Virus record (IMG/VR): IMGVR_UViG_3300032116_014939
Location: 124,001-188,000 of that record
DNA length: 64,000 nucleotides
Strand: one strand, 5' to 3'
Shown: in pieces, positions 59,576-64,000 of the stretch
How the letters are laid out: each line of letters begins with the position of its first letter
Numbering within the stretch: the first letter of the stretch is position 1
The notes under the pieces: model-generated
Seen by the model: only the letters and a program-made list of their open reading frames with translations
What the model was told of the DNA's origin: nothing
Databases searched by the model: none
Made by a program: the position numbers and the translations under genes

Positions 59576-61145
59576 CCAACAAAAACATAGGATATTATTT
59601 GGAGGTACTGTTACCCATAATGAAGACAAATATTCATTAGAACGTATTAGAGTTAAACCTGATTTTGAAATTTACCAACAAGTAATTGATTCACTTAAAG
59701 ATATTACAAAAAATGGTAAATCAGTTTTAAATGCTCAAGGTAATGATATTTTAGAAGAATTTTTTTACGAAGATGTCGACCCTTTTGTTTATATTCCTTT
59801 AATTCCTGTTCAATTAAATATTGTTCCTGAAAATAATGATTATGTTCATTTAATTTATTATAATTGGTCTGAAAATACAGGAAGAAAAAATCAATTTTAT
59901 ATTAAAGGCCCGATATCATCAGCAATGTCTGTTGCTCGTGAAAATTCAAACCAAACAAAAAGTATTATGGCGGCAGGGCCTAATGTTAAACCAGGTTTAC
60001 CATTAAAAAATTCAAATGGATACTTTTTTGAAAACACTAAAGGGGTATTTGCTGAACCAAAAGATTATGGAATTTATTCTAAAGGAAGGTCTGATATTAT
60101 TTTAAAAGATAATGAAGTTTTATTAAGGTCAAAAAAAACACCAATATTAAAAACAAATGAATACCCTGTAACGAATCCTAAAAGGTCTTTTTTACAATTA
60201 TCTAATTTTGATTCTAAAACAACCAAAGGGACACAAAAAACAATTACTCAAAATTCAACAGTATCTGAACAAATTGTTAAACTTGTTGAGTATGAAATTT
60301 ATTATGGATTGGATACTGAAGGCCCATTTTCAGGTAACATTAACATATATAATTTACCCGGAAAGTCCCCAAATACTTTAACAGATAGATTTACACAACA
60401 AACAGTTATTGACGATGTTACATATACGTATTTTTCACATTCTTTTAATAACATTGATACTCTACAAGAAGTATCTGATATAATTAATAAAGTGATATCA
60501 GGATTAAATGACGGACTAATTAATATTGATTACTTAACGCCAAGAGAAACTGTAAATGTTACAGATGTTAGATTTCCATTTTTCTTTAGACCATCATTAT
60601 CTTTACAAAAAAAATCACTAATTGGTAGTGACCTCGAAAAGAAAAATACAAATACTTTAATTTCATTAATAGCATTTCCGAAATCACAGAAATTAACAAA
60701 CCCTGGTTCAGGATTAATTTCAAGTAAAAATAAATACGGATTAAAAAAGGTTTCAAAGAAAGTAAAATACACTCCTAATGTAAGTCAAAACGGTGATTTT
60801 GGTTACGCAGTAATGGGGTCTGAAAAAATATTTTTAATATCTAACAATTCAAATATTCCAGGATTAGAAAAAATCCAATTAAAAAATTCAGATGTTTATG
60901 GTATTAATGAACCTACTTTATCAGGAAATTATTATAATTCAACAAACTCTATGGTTAGAGGAGAATCGTTAAAAGATTTATTGGCATTAATTGTGAGATT
61001 TTTATTAAATCATCAACACCTATATCATAGAGAAACTCCATTTGAATTAACAAGGGAAACTTCTCCAATATCTAAGACAAAATTAACATCTGAATGGAAA
61101 TTATTCGATACTAAAGTATTAAATCAAAATATTCGTATAAATTGA
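59556..61145 (+). CDS. Baseplate central spike-like protein (gp5/VgrG OB-fold N-terminus)
   Basis: GTVTHNEDKYSLERIRVK...PLIP..LNIVP...YVHLIY; GRSDIILKDNEVLLRS. Confidence 0.55.
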   Translation: MSQGRDDQQKHRILFGGTVTHNEDKYSLERIRVKPDFEIYQQVIDSLKDITKNGKSVLNAQGNDILEEFFYEDVDPFVYIPLIPVQLNIVPENNDYVHLIYYNWSENTGRKNQFYIKGPISSAMSVARENSNQTKSIMAAGPNVKPGLPLKNSNGYFFENTKGVFAEPKDYGIYSKGRSDIILKDNEVLLRSKKTPILKTNEYPVTNPKRSFLQLSNFDSKTTKGTQKTITQNSTVSEQIVKLVEYEIYYGLDTEGPFSGNINIYNLPGKSPNTLTDRFTQQTVIDDVTYTYFSHSFNNIDTLQEVSDIINKVISGLNDGLINIDYLTPRETVNVTDVRFPFFFRPSLSLQKKSLIGSDLEKKNTNTLISLIAFPKSQKLTNPGSGLISSKNKYGLKKVSKKVKYTPNVSQNGDFGYAVMGSEKIFLISNNSNIPGLEKIQLKNSDVYGINEPTLSGNYYNSTNSMVRGESLKDLLALIVRFLLNHQHLYHRETPFELTRETSPISKTKLTSEWKLFDTKVLNQNIRIN

Positions 61146-61153
61146 TATTTATC
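61146..61153 (+). promoter_or_regulatory. Putative late promoter TATTTATC
   Basis: 12 nt upstream of ATG 61166. Confidence 0.6.
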
Positions 61154-61165
61154 TAAAAAGAGTAA

Positions 61166-62671
61166 ATGTCAATACATCGTTCATATTTTAGTAGGAACAA
61201 TACAATAATTTCAAATAGTTTTACCAACACTGGTAAATCACCTTATACGCAATTATATTTTGGTTCAGCATCTGATGTAATTGCGTCCCCTGGATTTAGT
61301 AGATTTATCTTTGATTTAGATTTATCATTACTTGTACAAAAAATCCAAGACGGAATAATATCAACAGGATGTACAGGTTTTTCAGGTATCACTCATACAT
61401 TAAAAATGACCAACACATCTTCTTTTGATAAAGATGGGTTAAGTAATGAATACACATCACAAGGAAGATTAAGAGCAACATCATTTGACTTAGTTTTATT
61501 TAGAATACCTCTTACTTCAGGTAATACAGGAACTGCTCAAACGTGGGATGAAGGTGTTGGATATGATTACTATGATGTTCAACGTACTTTAAATTCAACT
61601 AATGGTTTATTATCACCAATAGCTTTACCACAAGATAAAGCATATTCTCAAAGACCTTCTAATTGGTATCAAACAACAACATTAGATAATTGGTCAACAC
61701 CCGGAATATACAATAATACAAACACAGGAACAGGGTCAACAATTAATTATTCGGCGTTAACAATTGTTGATACTCAACATTTTGAATTTGGGAATGAAGA
61801 TATTGAGTTTGATATGACAAATGAAATCAATCGAATTCTTACCGGTACAACAACTGGGTCAACAGGATGGGGAGTTGCTTTTTTACCCGAATTAGAAAAT
61901 TTAACAGGTTTAACTGAAAACTATTCAGTAGGATTTTTTACAAGGCATACCCAAACTTTCTACGAACCATTTCTTGAAACAAATTATAACGATTTAATAC
62001 TTGATAATCGAAACGCTTTTTATTCTTACAACAATAATAAATTATACTTGTATTCTTACATAGGTGGTGTACCAACAAATTTGGATAATTTACCGATTGT
62101 TACCTTAGAAAATAATCAAGGTAACACTATTGGTACTTATACGGGGTGTCAAATTACTCAAGGTGTTTATGAAATAACAACTAATTCTGTTTCAGCAACA
62201 ACACCTTGTATGTTTACAGATACTTGGTCAAATCTTTATTATAACGGTATACAAATACCTAATGTAGTTAATGATTTAACTGTTTTACCATACACTGGTT
62301 ATTTTACTCTTGGGCCTAATAGTCAAGACCCTGAACTTTTTGGTTTTGATTTTTACGGTATTAAACAAGATGAAAAAATATTAAATACTGATTTAAGAAA
62401 AGTTGGTGTTGTTGTTAAAAAAGCGTACACATCTAATCAAGTATTAACACCTGTAACTGTTTATTACCGAGTTTATGTTAAAGAGGGTCAAACAGAAGTA
62501 CAAGTTCAAGATTGGACACAAGTAAACAGAGCGTCAAATGAATATTATTTCATCTTTGATACAAGAGATAAAATACCTAATGAATATTCAATAGATATTA
62601 AAGTACTTACATCAGGTGAAGTAGATACTTATAAGAAAACACTAACATTCCAAATAGTTGATAAGAAATGA
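61166..62671 (+). CDS. Putative virion structural protein, beta-rich and Thr/Gly-rich
   Basis: SRFIFDLDL, TWDEGVG, FFTRHT; seven [ST]GxT motifs. Confidence 0.65.
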   Translation: MSIHRSYFSRNNTIISNSFTNTGKSPYTQLYFGSASDVIASPGFSRFIFDLDLSLLVQKIQDGIISTGCTGFSGITHTLKMTNTSSFDKDGLSNEYTSQGRLRATSFDLVLFRIPLTSGNTGTAQTWDEGVGYDYYDVQRTLNSTNGLLSPIALPQDKAYSQRPSNWYQTTTLDNWSTPGIYNNTNTGTGSTINYSALTIVDTQHFEFGNEDIEFDMTNEINRILTGTTTGSTGWGVAFLPELENLTGLTENYSVGFFTRHTQTFYEPFLETNYNDLILDNRNAFYSYNNNKLYLYSYIGGVPTNLDNLPIVTLENNQGNTIGTYTGCQITQGVYEITTNSVSATTPCMFTDTWSNLYYNGIQIPNVVNDLTVLPYTGYFTLGPNSQDPELFGFDFYGIKQDEKILNTDLRKVGVVVKKAYTSNQVLTPVTVYYRVYVKEGQTEVQVQDWTQVNRASNEYYFIFDTRDKIPNEYSIDIKVLTSGEVDTYKKTLTFQIVDKK

Positions 62672-63186
62672 AAAAAATAAAATTAAAAGAAAACGAATAT
62701 ATTAAATTATTAAAATTTGTTTTATCCGAAGCCTTTACTCCTGGTGAAGATAAAATTGACGCAATTTTAGATAAAATTAGTCAATCAGGTATGGAATCAA
62801 TTACACCTGAAGAAAGAAAAACTCTTGAGAAATTTACTAAAGGTATTTCAATTGAAGACGAACCGTCATCTAAAGAAGATGCTATAACAAAGGCAGGTGG
62901 TTTTTGGTCTTTTGAATTTCCAGGAATGCCATCGTTTAAATTTAGATATGAGTCAACTGAAGATAATGAGGATGAAAAAATACATACAGGGTATCTAACT
63001 GTTGATGATAGTGACTATTATGGTGAAATTTATTGTGACCCCGAAGGTAATTTTCAAACTTGTATGTTTGAAAACACAACTGAAGGAACAAATGTATTTG
63101 AAGATTATGAAGGTTTAGAACATGATATTGAAGTGTTTTTAGATGTAGTCTGTAATGACCTAAAAGAAGATGATATGATAGCTTAA
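62668..63186 (+). CDS. Late protein with a DUF6576-like helical segment
   Basis: DKIDAILDKISQSGMESITPEERKTL after the leader MKKIKLKENEYIKLLKFVLSEA. Confidence 0.65.
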   Translation: MKKIKLKENEYIKLLKFVLSEAFTPGEDKIDAILDKISQSGMESITPEERKTLEKFTKGISIEDEPSSKEDAITKAGGFWSFEFPGMPSFKFRYESTEDNEDEKIHTGYLTVDDSDYYGEIYCDPEGNFQTCMFENTTEGTNVFEDYEGLEHDIEVFLDVVCNDLKEDDMIA

Positions 63187-63187
63187 T

Positions 63188-63643
63188 ATGAAAAACTTAG
63201 ACAATTTAATTAAACAAGTATTAAAAGAACAAAATGAAAGATATATGTTTTTCAGTAATTTAGAACAAATGCACCGTCAATGTGAGATACTTTTATCTAT
63301 ACCTAAAGATGACGTTGAAAATATTTTAAACAATGGTCACGATTGGGCTCAAGACCACATTGCCGAATCTAAAAATAACTTAGACCAAGTATTTGATTTT
63401 ATGATGAATGAAATCAAAGGTGATAAGTTTAGTTCTGATGATGCAGTTAAACCTCAAGAAGATATCATGATGGAAGGTCGTAAAAAAGCAGGTACTAAAC
63501 TTTGTGCACGTGGTAAATCGGCAGCTAAAGCTAAATTTGATGTTTACCCTTCAGCATATGCTAATGGTTATGCGGTACAGGTATGTAAAGGTACAAAACC
63601 TGGTTTAGACGGAAAAAAACACTGTTCAGGGGCTTATTGTTAA
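63188..63643 (+). CDS. Two-domain late hypothetical protein with a basic C-terminal module
   Basis: Leader MKNLDNLIKQVLKEQ; C-terminal LCARGKSAAKAKFDVYPSAYANGYAVQVCKG. Confidence 0.75.
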   Translation: MKNLDNLIKQVLKEQNERYMFFSNLEQMHRQCEILLSIPKDDVENILNNGHDWAQDHIAESKNNLDQVFDFMMNEIKGDKFSSDDAVKPQEDIMMEGRKKAGTKLCARGKSAAKAKFDVYPSAYANGYAVQVCKGTKPGLDGKKHCSGAYC

Positions 63644-63651
63644 CAAAACAT

Positions 63652-63682
63652 TTTGAATTATTAAAAAAACATAGTATATTTG
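63652..63682 (+). promoter_or_regulatory. Bacteroidota-type housekeeping promoter
   Basis: TTTG-N19-TATATTTG, an exact consensus match. Confidence 0.7.
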
Positions 63683-63701
63683 TAGTCAAATCATAAATGA
63701 C

Positions 63702-64000
63702 ATGACTATAATAAAAAAACTATGGGTTAAATATCGTCTATATCTACGTCGATTAGACCGAGAAAGTACCGAATTTGACATTTATATGTCTAACGTGAGG
63801 AAATGTTCCACCATATGTAGAAAACTCATTCATTCGGAGGATTCTGAACTCATAATCGCTCCAATATCTGACAAAAAATATATCCGTAATGATAAATTAG
63901 GTATTTTTGTTACTATGGACGGTGGTCAAATAACTGTAACAAATCATACATACAGTTATTTTATTAAATTAAGTAAAAGTCAATGGGATAAATTGGTTAA
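63702..64000 (+). CDS. Hypothetical protein, partial (runs off the right edge; not in the ORF track)
   Basis: MTIIKKLWVKYRLYLRRLDRESTEFDIYMSNVRKCSTICRKLIHSEDSELIIAPISDKKYIRNDKLGIFV... open to the end of the window. Confidence 0.75.
   Translation, partial: MTIIKKLWVKYRLYLRRLDRESTEFDIYMSNVRKCSTICRKLIHSEDSELIIAPISDKKYIRNDKLGIFVTMDGGQITVTNHTYSYFIKLSKSQWDKLV

Noticed and set aside
8698-60772. Short antisense or nested ORFs (e.g. 8698, 9329, 13563, 14332, 14880, 16038, 17882, 19453, 21495, 23821, 26250, 28344, 30651, 31711, 31806, 33020, 33093, 34475, 38135, 39065, 41416, 43873, 51005, 51475, 57205, 58149, 58294, 58632, 59326, 60530)
   Set aside because: Almost entirely overlap well-supported genes, show antisense-type composition and have no motifs.
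1-64000. Eukaryotic giant virus origin (PolB, SNF2, many GTs)
   Set aside because: Sheath, tube, neck and baseplate genes plus bacterial-type promoters and terminators indicate a tailed phage.
1-64000. Stop-codon reassignment
   Set aside because: Long ORFs are intact under the standard code and genes abut without fragmentation.
1-64000. tRNA/rRNA genes, introns, inteins, IS elements
   Set aside because: Intergenic gaps are short with no cloverleaf pattern seen; PolB and SNF2 motifs are contiguous at normal lengths; no transposase or homing endonuclease was recognised.

Overview
64 kb segment of a large, AT-rich, contractile-tailed (T4-like/jumbo myovirus-type) phage genome, standard genetic code, probably infecting Bacteroidota (TTTG-N19/20-TAnnYTTG promoters, no Shine-Dalgarno sites). 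Contents, left to right: RecA/UvsX (partial) and gp32-like SSB; a minus-strand tail module (hub, LysM/gpX-like protein, tube initiator, tape measure, chaperone pair, tube, sheath, terminator, neck); SNF2 helicase, SOD fusion, neck adaptor, family B DNA polymerase; a Cys-rich LamG/Pro-Thr virion protein; a late operon of unknowns with a stand-alone WYL; a ~20 kb operon with about 11 glycosyltransferases, nucleotide-sugar enzymes, exonuclease, dUTPase, PhoH and nucleotidase, ending in a sigma factor; then further late structural genes. Best candidates for new biology: (1) a fully soluble glycosylation pathway without LPS export genes, alongside a strongly enriched [ST]-G-x-T motif and a mucin-like tract in virion proteins (candidate virion glycosylation system); (2) a shared Glu-terminated leader on unrelated late proteins (SOD, HAD phosphatase, WYL, DUF6576-like), suggesting protease-matured capsid cargo; (3) a +1 frameshift candidate (UUU_UUU_CGU) in the tail chaperone; (4) a TATTTAT late promoter, the reverse complement of the T4 late promoter; (5) apparently complete GATC avoidance. 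All family assignments come from motif recognition by eye; no searches were run.
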